From the NCBI RefSeq assembly GCF_036971445.1, contig NC_091478.1:94550001-94614000 (forward strand): 64,000 nt of DNA. The letters run 5' to 3'. The DNA comes from Narcine bancroftii. Its lineage: Eukaryota. A program made the position numbers and the translations under genes. Under the pieces are notes generated by a model. It was not told the origin of the DNA and made no database searches. It worked only from the letters and a program-made list of their open reading frames with translations. Below are positions 52,711 to 63,650 of the stretch, piece after piece (within the stretch, counting starts at the first letter, position 1; each line of letters opens with the position of its first letter).

Positions 52711-53395
52711 AGAGGGGGGGGGGGAGGACAAGTTGAACAAGCTCTCTCAGCTAGTGTGCGTGAGACTGAAAAGCAGCTGAACAGTACAAGCCAAGAAGCT
52801 GGTTGAAACTGATGAAAAGTTCCAGAGTAGTATATGGCTGTAAGTGCTATCTGTCCGATATTTTTCTTGGAATAAGGGGACAGAAAGTAACTCTGTGGTA
52901 GCTTGAAGAAAGAAGTTACCATCTGAAAAACCCTGATGGGGCAAGTTTCATCAGTGAGACCTTGAGGTGACTAATAGTGATACACAAGTTGTGGAAATCC
53001 TGGTACAACAAATCTTTCTCTGCAAACCCTACAAGAATCTTCCTAAGTGGAAGACATTTACCTTTCAAGCACCAAAGCCTGGTAAACTTTATACATGTTA
53101 AATTCTGTGAACATATGGTGATTGCCTGCAACCAGAGAACTTGGAAGAAGGAGAAGTGAGATTGAACTGTGAACCAAATAACTTTTCTTAAATTTACACA
53201 CACATTACATGCACGTCCGCTTAGAATTAGAAGGGGGTAATTTGGATTAGTATATAGTATAAGTATAGACTTAAGTTAAAGTTTGATTCTATTTTCATGT
53301 TTGAAGTTGATTAAAAATAACCTTTGTTTTGAAAACCACTTGTCTTGGTGAATGTCCATTGCTGCTGGGTTTTGGGGTCCTTTGGGCTCGTAACA
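52322..53395 (+). mobile_element. Solo LTR, ~1 kb family, copy 2
   Basis: TGTAAT...CGTAACA termini, TSD ACAT at 52318-52321 and 53396-53399; internal (GA)n and G-run expansion. Confidence 0.88.
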
Positions 53396-53817
53396 ACATA
53401 AACAATCAGATTGTAATGTGAATGAACTAAGATCCTTTGGAAGATAAGAAGGGAGAATTAATATTGGGTAATGCAGAAATGGTCAAGGTGTTGAATGATT
53501 ATTTTGTGTTAGCCTTGACGTGTCTAATATGCTCTGGCCATCAAATTTTTGCAAGGACATTGAAGATTAGGAAAGGATGTGAAGAGGGCAGACCTGATAG
53601 AATGTTATGAGAAGCATACATATGGTAGACAAGTTGAATCTTTTTCAAAATACAATCTGCTAGAGGAACTTGCTGGGGTGAGCAGCATCAGTGGGAGAGA
53701 AAGGGTTGATGCTTTTTTTTAAGGCTGAGTGTGCACAGGGGAGAATGTTACATAATGGAAGAAGAGGAATATGCTCAAGCTTGTAATACATTGAATGGCA
53801 CATAATTAAGTACTTAC

Positions 53818-53929
53818 CCTATAATGGTAATCTGCCTCTGTCCATTGAACCCTGAAGTTTTCATATTGTCCACCACGCCAGTATCGCTCAACCTCATGCT
53901 CATAGTAGGGAGTTATGTAGGGATCGGGT
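53818..53929 (-). CDS. ZC3H18: ZC3H18 exon (112 nt, phase 2-0)
   Basis: ttttgtcttgacccttag|A...TATAGG|gtaagt; encodes PDPYITPYYEHEVERYWRGGQYENFRVQWTEADYHYR; WRGGQYENFRVQ is conserved in ZC3H18. Confidence 0.95.
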
Positions 53930-54001
53930 CTAAGGGTCAAGACAAAAAAAAAACAAGCTGTAGGTTCCACTCCACATTTCAAGACAAAGGAGAGCTTACA
54001 G

Positions 54002-54814
54002 CATGGATGGCCAACCTATGGCACATGTGCTAAAAGTTGTGCATTGGATGATTAGAAGTGGCGCATTGCACCCAGTGATAATAATAAAAAAGCCTACTTA
54101 AACAAAAAGTATTAACGGATAATACTTCTTACACTATAGTATATGGGATACTGTAGTGTACCTGTAAACTTTTTAGCTAAGCAGGGTTCAGTGTGGGGAA
54201 TCGACATGGGGCTGTGGGGACTGGCACGAGGCTGTGGGATCAGTATGGGGATCAGCATGGGGCTGTGGGATCAGTGTGGGGACCGGCACGGGGCTGTGGG
54301 ATCAGTGTGGGGACCGGCACGGGGCTGTGGGTCCAGTGTGGGGATCGGCACGGGGCTGTGGGTCCAGTGTGGGGATCGGCACGGGGCTGTGGGTCCAGTG
54401 TGGGGATCGGCACGGGGCTGTGGGGATTGAGCACAGGGCAGTGGGATCAGTGTGGGGACCAGCACAAGGCTGTGGGGAGAGAGTGGGGCAGTGGGATCAG
54501 TGTGGGGACCAGCACGAGGCTGTGGGGAGAGAGTGGGGCAGTGGGATCAGTGTGGGGATTGATATAGGGTTGTGGGGAGAGTGCAGGGCAGTCAGATCAG
54601 TTTGGGTAAACTGATAGAATTTTCTATAGCTAGCAATCGCTTTTTCTAAATTGCAGTGGACTTGTTCACAGTAACTGAATAATTATGAAACCACGGACGT
54701 ATATGTAGTCAGATGTTACCCAATCGGACGTTAAGCGGCACATACCTGTGCACACATCTGAACTTGTGCCTGAAAAATATGACACATGGAATGTAAAAGG
54801 TTGGCCACCCCATG
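54002..54814. mobile_element. Non-autonomous hAT-like element containing a minisatellite
   Basis: CATGGATGGCCAACCT ... AGGTTGGCCACCCCATG imperfect TIRs; TSD not clear. Confidence 0.65.
54185..54605 (+). repeat. G-rich minisatellite, ~31-bp period with longer variants at the right end
   Basis: Unit GGGTCCAGTGTGGGGATCGGCACGGGGCTGT, roughly a dozen degenerate copies. Confidence 0.9.
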
Positions 54815-54879
54815 CTAGCAATGCACAAAAAGATTTCTCTCAATGGCAACTTTGGCTTTTCTGTGTTGATGCTAGTTTT

Positions 54880-56060
54880 CAGATTTAATGTCAGAGTACC
54901 TACATGACATTACATACAACCCTGAGATTCTTTTTTTTGCGGGCAAGGCAGAAATGTACATAGTGACTACATGTAAACAAATCAAGAATTGTAAAAAGAT
55001 TAACAAATGTAAACAAACAGACTGTGCAATACAGAGATTTTTTAAAAATCAATAAAGTGCACAAGTAAGGGTTTGTTGTTGAGGAGTAGCAGCTGTTGCT
55101 GAACCTGGTGGTGCAAGATGTGCCACCTAATCGTCTTTCCTGATAGCAGCAGCGAGAATAGAGCAAGCACTGGGTGGTGTCAATCCTTGATGATTGCAGC
55201 TGCTCTCTGGCGGCAGCATTTTCTGTAGATGTTTTCGATAGTGGGGAGGGTTTTGCCCGTGATGTGCTGGGCTGCGTCCACTACCTTTTGCAGGGCTTTA
55301 CACTCAAGGGTATTGGTCTCCCATACCAGACCGTGATGTAGCCGGTCAGCACACTTTTCACAACACATCTGTAGAAATTTGCCAGGGTTTTTGGTGTCAT
55401 ACCAAACCCCCACAAACTCTTGAGGAAGTAGAGGCACTGACTTGCTTTCTTCATGATGCCATTAGTGCAGTGGTTCTCAATCTTTTTCTTTCCACTCACA
55501 TACCATTTTAAGTATTCCCTTTGCCATAGTTTCTTTATGATTAGTAAAGAGGTATGTGGGTGGAAAGAAAAAGTTTGAAAACCACTGTTTTAATCCTACC
55601 TAATTGACTCATTATGTGCACGGTTTCAGAACTCCAAAGGAAATGGGCCAATGACAATTTTTCCTCAAGCAAAATATTTCAGTAACAATAGGGTCTAGAG
55701 CAGTGATTCTCAACCTTTCTTTTCCACTCACATAGCACCTTAAGCAATCCCTTACTAATCACAGAGCATCAATATCATAGGGATTAATTAAAATGGCATG
55801 TGAGTGGGAAGGAAAAGTTTGAGAACCACACTGAGATAGTGACCCCAAAAAATTTAAATTTACTCACCCTCTCCACCTTTGATCCCTCAATAATCACTAG
55901 ATTGTACACCTCTGGCTTTCCCTTCCTGAAGTCAACAATTGGCTCCTTAGTTTTTGTGACATTGAGTGCAAGGTTGTGGGTGGTGCACCATTCAGCAAAG
56001 TTTTCAATCTCATCACCTTTATTTATACCACCCACTACAGTGGTATTGTCCACCATTATC
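54880..56060 (-). mobile_element. Rex1/Babar LINE 3' part interrupted by composite MITE
   Basis: DNTTVVG, HNLALNVTKTKE..VDFRK, KKASQCLYFLKSL, FYRCVVKSVL. Confidence 0.88.
55468..55829. mobile_element. Composite hAT MITE, copy 2 (opposite orientation)
   Basis: Monomers 55468-55587 and 55701-55829; spacer matches the reverse complement of 51264-51372. Confidence 0.85.
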
Positions 56061-56254
56061 ATCTGTACACAAGATTACACCATCATCACCAGCACATACT
56101 GGGCACTAAGAACACCCCAATTCAACCCTCACCTAATACTTGCAAACAAATATTTTCCTTTCAGTTGATGATCAGGAATGGGAATCCAGGTTGGCCATGT
56201 TATACCACTAGAAACATTCAAAGTATCTTATTGCGCTACGAGATGTGGAAAACC

Positions 56255-57275
56255 TTCTGAAATAGTGCTAGAGTAACAACCCAAGTCTCAATGTAGACTA
56301 GACAAAGGAGATAATCGTGGACTTTAGGAGGACCAGGAATGACCGCCCTCCACTACACATCAACAACTCTGTAGTAGAGAGCACCAAGTTCCTTGGAGTT
56401 CACTTAACCAGTGATTTCTTGTGGACATTCAACATCTCACGTCAGGAAAGCACAACAGTGACTGCACTTCCTGGGAAGATTGAAACGGGCATAGCTACCG
56501 GCCACCATTATGTTAATCTTCTATAGGAGCAATATCAAGTGCGTCCTGACTGGCTGCATCATAGTGCAGTACAGATGCTGTAGAAAAATGGGTTGGAGGT
56601 CAATCCACATAACCATAAGAGTGGTACAGAGGGTCTTTGTAACTCCCTCCCCACCATCAAAGTGATCTACCAGGATCATTGTCTAAAGAAGGTGTGCAAA
56701 ATTATTGAGGATCTTCCACCCTGAACACAGCATCTTTCAGCTGCTCCTATCAGGGAAGAGTTAAGGGGCAAAAGTTTATAAGTAACATGAGGGGGAACTT
56801 CTTTACTCATAGAATGGTGGCTGGGTGGAATGAGCTTCCAGGAGAAGTAGCGGCAGCAGGGTCAATTTTGTCATTTAAGGAAAAATTGGATAGGTATATG
56901 AATGGGAGGGGGAAATGGAGGGCTATGGGCAGGGTGCAGGTAGGTGTGACTAGAGGAGGTCTGTTTCCATGCTGTAATTCTTATATGGTTATAGGAGTAT
57001 CAGAGCCAGAACTACCAGGCTGAGAAACAGCTTCTTCCCACAGGCAGTGAGAATGATGAATGACCAAAGGAACAGCTCACAGTAATCATCCGAGACTCAC
57101 ATATGTACAGACCCCAATATTTATTTATTTGTATTGATTAAATACTTGTCCTGCATATGAGTTATTTGTTTGTATACATGTTATGTCTGGTTGCGACTGC
57201 ATGCTTTGCACCAAGGACCAGAGAATGCTGTTTCGTCGGGTTGCACTTGTACAATCAGATAACAATAAACTTTAC
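56255..57275 (+). mobile_element. Rex1/Babar 3' part with CR1 3' fragment inserted at about 56760-56990
   Basis: VDFRRTRNDRPPLHINNSVVESTKFLGVHL; insert encodes MRGNFFTHRMVAGWNELP and ends in a ggttat tail. Confidence 0.8.
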
Positions 57276-58158
57276 TTGTTCAGTACCATCCAACCACCTC
57301 ATAGTTTGTATCATTCTGCATGGAAGAATGTCCCAGCAAATGTCCCTGCAGTTGTTACCACTTCCAATTTAGAGTTTGTGGACGAGGTGTCAGTGCTGCT
57401 GGAATACATCGAGATGGCTAAAATGGACCTACTGTAAAGAGCACAAAGGAATTTGGGAAATTGTCCTATGGGGGAAATCACAAGTAATGGCTTACAAGCT
57501 TTGTGCACTATAACATGGGGCATGTTTACTAAAGCATTCAACACAAAAGAAAATGGCCTAACATGTCCTTTGTGGTCATATGTTATTTCACCAGTATGTT
57601 TGTATGAGAGAAGAGTAGTCGTTAAGTGGTAAAGATGAAAGATGGTAAAAGCATGTAGCATTTGTGAGGAAAGAAGTAGGACTTTTTAAGCAGAAGACCT
57701 GGAAGAATCTAGTAGATTTATCCAACCATATATATATATATATATATAAATTCTCATATCAGTGTTGTCCACATTAGTCTCTCATAAAGAGGGCAGAGGA
57801 CAAAATGAGTCGTGCTGACCCATTTAGTGATTAGCACTCCACCTGAAGGAAATCTTTATTGATGCGTTAGTTCCAGTTATTAGTTTTCCTTCATTTCTGA
57901 AATCAAATATCTGGGAATATCAAAAAATGATTCACCAACATGAATCCAAAGCCAGTACTAACAATGCATTGTCAATGATAAGCTGTCTTCTTAAATCAAT
58001 AGGGCAGCAGCAGGGAAAGCACTCCCATTGTATTTGGGTAACAGCTGCAGGGTTCTGACCAGTGATTTTGGAATTGTGACTTCTAAACTTATGAAGAATG
58101 GTAGGATTGGTGGCAAGAACAAGGGCCATTCTAACCTTGGTCTATCCATGTTAAAATA

Positions 58159-58813
58159 CAGGTAGTCCTTGACTTCTGACCTATGCAAATTACGCCCACC
58201 CACACATACGACCAAATTTTTTTTTAAAGTTATTAAAACTACTGTACAAGTACAGGAACACAAATCTTTATCCGGAACCCTTGGGGGACAGTGTGTTCCG
58301 AATTTTGGTTGGAAAGCCAGATTTAAACCCACCCGAATTGTGCTGCCGAATCCACCCCCACCCCCTTCCAATCGCGCTGCCGGTCTCCCCACCCACCTCA
58401 CCCAGTCAACTCACGCGGCCGGTCTCATTCCCCCCCCCCCCTCCGCCTCCCCCCACCTCATCCAGCCGACTCACACTGCCAGTCTCCCCACCCTCGCCCA
58501 GCTGACTAGCGCTGCCGGTCTTTCCCCCCCCATCTGCCCAACTCACGCTGCCGTCTTTCTCCCCAGTTTTCAGATTTTGAAGCTTTCCGGATTTTAGATG
58601 TCCGGATAAAGAATCAAGTACCTGTACATATTTTGTATTAAAAATACTGTATACAGTGATCCTCGCTCCCCATTAAAGGTTCCCATTAAAGGTTCATTTG
58701 TTGAATGCTGCATGACCTCATGCATGCATGGTGGAGCGAATCAGACTTACGACCAACCCAAGTTACAACCAATCCTTTGGTCCCCTTTATGGTCACAAGT
58801 CAGGGACTACCTG
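58159..58813. mobile_element. Tigger-like MITE with a second TA-flanked MITE nested at 58253-58624
   Basis: Outer TA|CAGGTAGTCC...GGACTACCTG|TA; inner TA|CAGGAAC..CTTTATCCGGA...TCCGGATAAAG..GTACCTG|TA. Confidence 0.8.
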
Positions 58814-59054
58814 TAGTGAAAGTAGAATTGTGGGTGAAAGATGAGATACAATCCAGGCTATGAAATTTCTAAAGTTTAACTGAATATTTTCCAGCATTTT
58901 GTTTTCTTTTATTTAAGATTTTAAGCATCTGGAATTATTTTTCTTTGATTTTCAGGCACATGGCAACACACCAAGTAAGGAAAGTGACATTAGGCAGTAC
59001 AACATGCAGCCTCACAGAACTCTAACATGTATGAAACCTGAATGGCTTCCTTTA

Positions 59055-61097
59055 GAATTACCATAAGACATAGGAGCCCATTGAATCTGCCCAACCATTT
59101 AATCATGAGCTGATTCATTTTCCCACTCGGTTCTCTACTTGACCTTCTCCCCATAACCTCAGATGCCCTGGTTAATAAGAACCTATGAATCTCTGCCTTA
59201 AATACATCCAATAACTTGGAATCCACAACAGCCTGTGGCAATAAATTCCACAGATTTACTACTCTCTGGCTAAAGAAATTCTTCCACATCCCTGTTCTAA
59301 GCAGATGCCCTTCAATCCTGAAGTTGTGCCCTCTTGTCCTTGACTCTCCCACTATAGGAAAACAACGTTTCTCTATCTACTCTGTCCATCCCTTTCAACA
59401 TTCAAAATATTTCAATGAGATCCTCCTCATTCTCCTAAATTCTAATGACCAAGAACTGTCTGAAGGCCATTTCATGTCGGGCCTCCGCTTTGAGACCAGC
59501 TACGGAGCAGATAGATAAATGGGAACTTGCAGGTGACCTGAAGGTAGGTTGAGGAGCAGGTAGTCTAGAGGAAACACTGAGGCTGCAGAAGGAGTCGGAC
59601 AGATTTGTAGAATGGGCAGAGAATGTTAAATGAAATACAATGTCAGAAAGTGTATGGTCATGCACTTTAGTTAAAAAAAAATAAACAGGCAGACTAATTT
59701 TTTTAAATGGGGTGCAAATTGAAAAGACCCAAATGCAAAGTGACCTGGGAGCCCTAAAAGGCTGCTCCAGCGTCCCATTCATAGCCCTAAAAGGCTGCTC
59801 CAGCATCCCATTCATATCCAGAGGCGCCTCGTAGCACCCTCCGATCTGACGGAGGTGGGGCGACTGGCACTGTAGCACCACCCATCATCAATACATGGCA
59901 GAGCAATGGCTGTCTTCTCTATCCATAATCCCCCATGCAGCTGAAACTGCTTTATGGTTCCCAGAACAGTTCCAGTGCTTCGGGGATTATGGGTAGGGAA
60001 GGCGGCCATTGCTCTGCCGCATTTTGAGCCACTAATAGCGGCCCCGAAGGCCAAAGCGGCCCGATGTGGCTGTCCCAGTAAGCATGCTGCCCCCTGACAG
60101 CACCCGCTGCCCCGATGGTCCCCACTGACAGCTCCCGCTGCCCTGACTGCCCCCGCTGACAGCTCCTGCTGCCCTGACTGCCCAAGGGCTCCCCGCCACC
60201 CCCGAGGAAGGGGTGAGTGGGGAGATGGGTTGTGGGCCGATGGCATCATTAGCTTCCCCTAAACAGCTGCTTAGTGAGACTGTACATTCAAATTGATCGG
60301 TGGACAGCTGCGCTGTGCAGATTGTCCCTCTCTGAGAGGGGTTGGAATATGCGCCTCAGAGACCGTCTCTGCAGATTCAGAAAGGTAGGTGATTATGAGT
60401 TTTGGCAGCGGTTCTCCGCCTTTACATCTCAACTATTGGGCTATCTGAAATGACCTAAACATTCCTCAAATAACCCTTTCATTCTTGGAATCATCCTTGT
60501 GAAACTCAAACAATGATCCCAAAACTGCTCACGATAGTCTGAGTGAGGTCTCAGCAGTGCCGTATAAAGCCTCAGCATCACATCCCTCGAAATGAATGCC
60601 AGAATTGCATTTGCCTTCTTCACCACCGACTCAACGTGCAAGTTGACCTTTAGGCTATCCTGCATGAGAACTCCCAGGTCCCTTTGCATTTGGGTCTTTT
60701 CAATTTGCACCCCATTTAAAAAATTAGTCTGTCTGTTTATTTTTTTAACTAAAGTGCATGACCATACACTTTCTGACATTGTATTTCATTTAACACTCTC
60801 TGCCCATTCTCCAAATCTGTCCGACTCCTTCTGCAGCCTCAGTGTTTCCTCTAGACTACCTGCTCCTCGACCTACCTTCAAATCACCTGCAAACTTGGCC
60901 ACAAAGCCATTCATTCCAACATCCAAATCATTAGCGTACAACACAAAAAGAAGCAGCCCCAACACGGACCTCCTGTGGAATACCACGAGCAACTGGCATC
61001 CAATAAGATACGATCCCTGTATTCTGATACTTTCCTTCCTGCCGATCAGCCAATGCTCTACCCACGCTAGTATGTTTTCTCTTATACCATGGGCTCT
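59055..61097 (-). mobile_element. CR1 3' part interrupted at 59465-60455
   Basis: SVLGLLLFVLYANDLD, VESVVKKANAILAFI, SRTRGHNFRI. Confidence 0.85.
59465..60455. mobile_element. PIF/Harbinger-like non-autonomous element with captured CR1 segment
   Basis: Termini GGCCATTTCA...TGAAATGACC; flanks GAA/TAA; GC-rich interior; CR1 appears to resume across it. Confidence 0.55.
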
Positions 61098-61639
61098 GTA
61101 GGTGACACTTCCCAGCTTCTAATATTTCCCAATTTCAAAACACACCACCTTCCAAGCCCCCATATTCTGAATTGCATCTTATTCATCCAAAAAAATTAAA
61201 CTTCATAATTGCAGCTGTATATTGATTTAATTTTCTGTTGATAAAAGCGAATAAACATTTTAGTAGCTTTGCACTACATAACAATGAGTAAAACAAAGCA
61301 TGATACTCAACTACAAACAAATATAAACGAATAAGAATGATAATAAAAGATTAATAATGATAATGAATTCAAAGAAAAGTTTCTCAAGAGCTCATGTCTC
61401 TTCCACGGTCATTCCAAGCATAAGAGAACTCCCGGTCCATTCAGATATGATAACATATGATGTCATTGTAACTATGGTAATGTGACAAAACAATTACTCT
61501 CTCAAGGAAAAGTCATAAAACAACCATAAAAAATAAGCACATTGTTTTAACCGGCCCTTAATTATTATAACATTAATGACTAATACACAAAAATTGCTAT
61601 TACTGATACAAAAGTAAAATTAGAAATAATTTTCTGCTT

Positions 61640-61915
61640 CTCGTAAAAGACAGATTTTATTAATTGGTCGATGTAAGCAGACAGTCTTGGTTTTAATCCG
61701 CACTTGCTGAACGAAACCTTTCTTGTCCAGATTGTTTCCACAATTTTTCCTTGCGACCAAGAATTTCTCAGTGCAGAATTATCCATAATAATTACAATGT
61801 CTCCACATATAAAATTGCGTTTCGCTTTAGATCATTTTTGTCTTTCTTGTAATAATGAAAGATATTCTTTAACCAATCTTTTTCAAAATAGATCCACAAT
61901 AAACTGCACTAGTTT
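61640..61915 (-). mobile_element. BEL/Pao retrotransposon pol C-terminal remnant (DUF5641-like)
   Basis: VQFIVDLF*KRLVKEYLSLLQERQK*SKAKRNFICGDIVIIMDNSALRNSWSQGKIVET; possible degenerate 3' LTR at about 61250-61550. Confidence 0.75.
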
Positions 61916-62432
61916 CGAATGCACAGCCCAGAACTTGGTATAAATTAAAAGTTACACTCAGACAACATGAAAGACTGATCAGGGGCAAGGGCACTCCCAT
62001 TACTGGAATTACAACAATAGTTTTAAACAACTGGTCTATTTACATATGGCTTCTTCTCAGTGAAATTGGTGAAAATCTACATCTTGTCTTTCAACTTTAC
62101 TAAAATAATTAAACCTTGCCCTTTTTTAAAAAAAAGGATCACCAGGAATACAAGCCCTCTTGCTCACATTGGACTCAACACACATTAGCTGTATACTTTT
62201 GTACAGCTTTGCGTGAATATTTTTCTCTGTACTATCACATGCTTCATTTGGAAGTGTCCTTATTTTTGTTTTTGAAACAGAATCAAAGTAACAAGTTTTT
62301 CCAGCCTCCTCCATCTTTTGTTTCACAGAAACAAGAATTGGAAAATATTTAATCACCACATTCATGAACAGATCCAGGTCAGGAAGGATGTATGAATGAA
62401 AGCATAACAATGACCTGTGACCAGGTCCTTAC

Positions 62433-62465
62433 CCATAGTTGATTGCTTCTCTGTACTCCAAGTCA
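62433..62465 (-). CDS. ZC3H18: Candidate 33-nt ZC3H18 microexon (phase 2-2), xDLEYREAINY(G)
   Basis: ctttctcttgcattttccttcaaatgcaccag|TGACTTGGAGTACAGAGAAGCAATCAACTATGG|gtaagg; open in the phase required by exon 53929; no transcript evidence available. Confidence 0.55.
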
Positions 62466-63469
62466 CTGGTGCATTTGAAGGAAAATGCAAGAGAAAGGTT
62501 TATTTGACTTCCTTTTAGAAAAAGTTATTCAAATATTCTATAGAGTTGAAGCAAATATCACTTCTTTAGTGGTCTTAAAAATCTAATCAACAACTCCAAC
62601 CAGATGTTAAAGACTCATTTCTCCGTATGAAACACATTCTGCTTTCATAGCTGTAATAAGGGAATAAAAGCAACAACTAACAATACCAACTCGGCAACAA
62701 TGCAAGACAAATCACAGCCCCTTCAACAGTACTCCAGGAAACTGCTCTATGCCAGTGGCTGCTTTAACATTTGTGCCAAATTACTCTTGCCACAATTATG
62801 TTGCTGAAGAGGTCGGTCTTAAAACAAATTTGTGGCAGGTTTTGATTGTTTTTTTTTAAAAAAAAGCACATACTCACTAGGAAAGCTTTTCAAAGATCCC
62901 ATTCTAATGTATTTTCTCCTTTGTGAGATCTGAATCTAGATTCCATATGCAATGGGATCACATTACCGTTAATAGCCTTGAATTTACCAGCAAAATATTT
63001 ACTGACAGTTCTCTGCAGTCCAAGTCATCAAGATCAAGATTCAATTTATTGTCATTTTAATAAAACAATGTCATATTACACGAAATTGCCTTTGCCTGCT
63101 GTAAAGCAGACAGATTTGCCGTCAATAGGAATTGCCTGAAGTGCCTGTTACAGTCAGGAAGAGAAGCAAAAGAGACCCCCCCCAGAGTCAACGAGCGTCC
63201 GTAGATTTGCCTCCAGCGCCGCACAGCCCATGGTCAAGAACCCTTCAGTGCCTTCGGCACTCCCTCGCATCCCGGTTCTGATACCTGGTACCCCTTCAAC
63301 CAGTTTCGAGCCAGTCTCCAGCAGTCCGCAGCCCAACGCAAATATCTCGACAGCGGCCCACAGACTCCATGGGTTCCTCGCCCCAAGTCATCAGCAGCCT
63401 GCCACATGCATTGGTCTTTCTGCTGCAGAGCCCCCTCACTATTCCGCTGCCGTGGTCACAGTCCCGTGG

Positions 63470-63650
63470 GTTGTCTCCTCTGCTTCTCCTCGGTCAGGGG
63501 AAAGGACTCCCCATTTTCTGGTACCCTCTGTTGTCTCCTCTGCTTCTCCTCGGTCAGGGGAAAGGACTCCCCGTTTTCTGGTACCCTCTGTTGTCTCCTC
63601 TGCTTCTCCTCGGTCAGGGGAAAGGACTCCCCGTTTTCTGGTACCCTCTG
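63470..63650 (+). repeat. Tandem repeat, 60 bp x3, within a probable retroelement (about 63028-63790)
   Basis: GTTGTCTCCTCTGCTTCTCCTCGGTCAGGGGAAAGGACTCCCCRTTTTCTGGTACCCTCT three times with one mismatch. Confidence 0.95.

Noticed and set aside
12636-53395. Single 40-kb LTR element bounded by the two ~1-kb LTRs
   Set aside because: Each LTR has its own TSD (CAAG and ACAT) and a host exon lies between them
54185-54605. CRISPR-like array or repetitive protein ORFs (GSVWG and CGDRHG repeats)
   Set aside because: Head-to-tail minisatellite with no unique spacers in a vertebrate intron; the ORFs arise from a stop-free repeat unit
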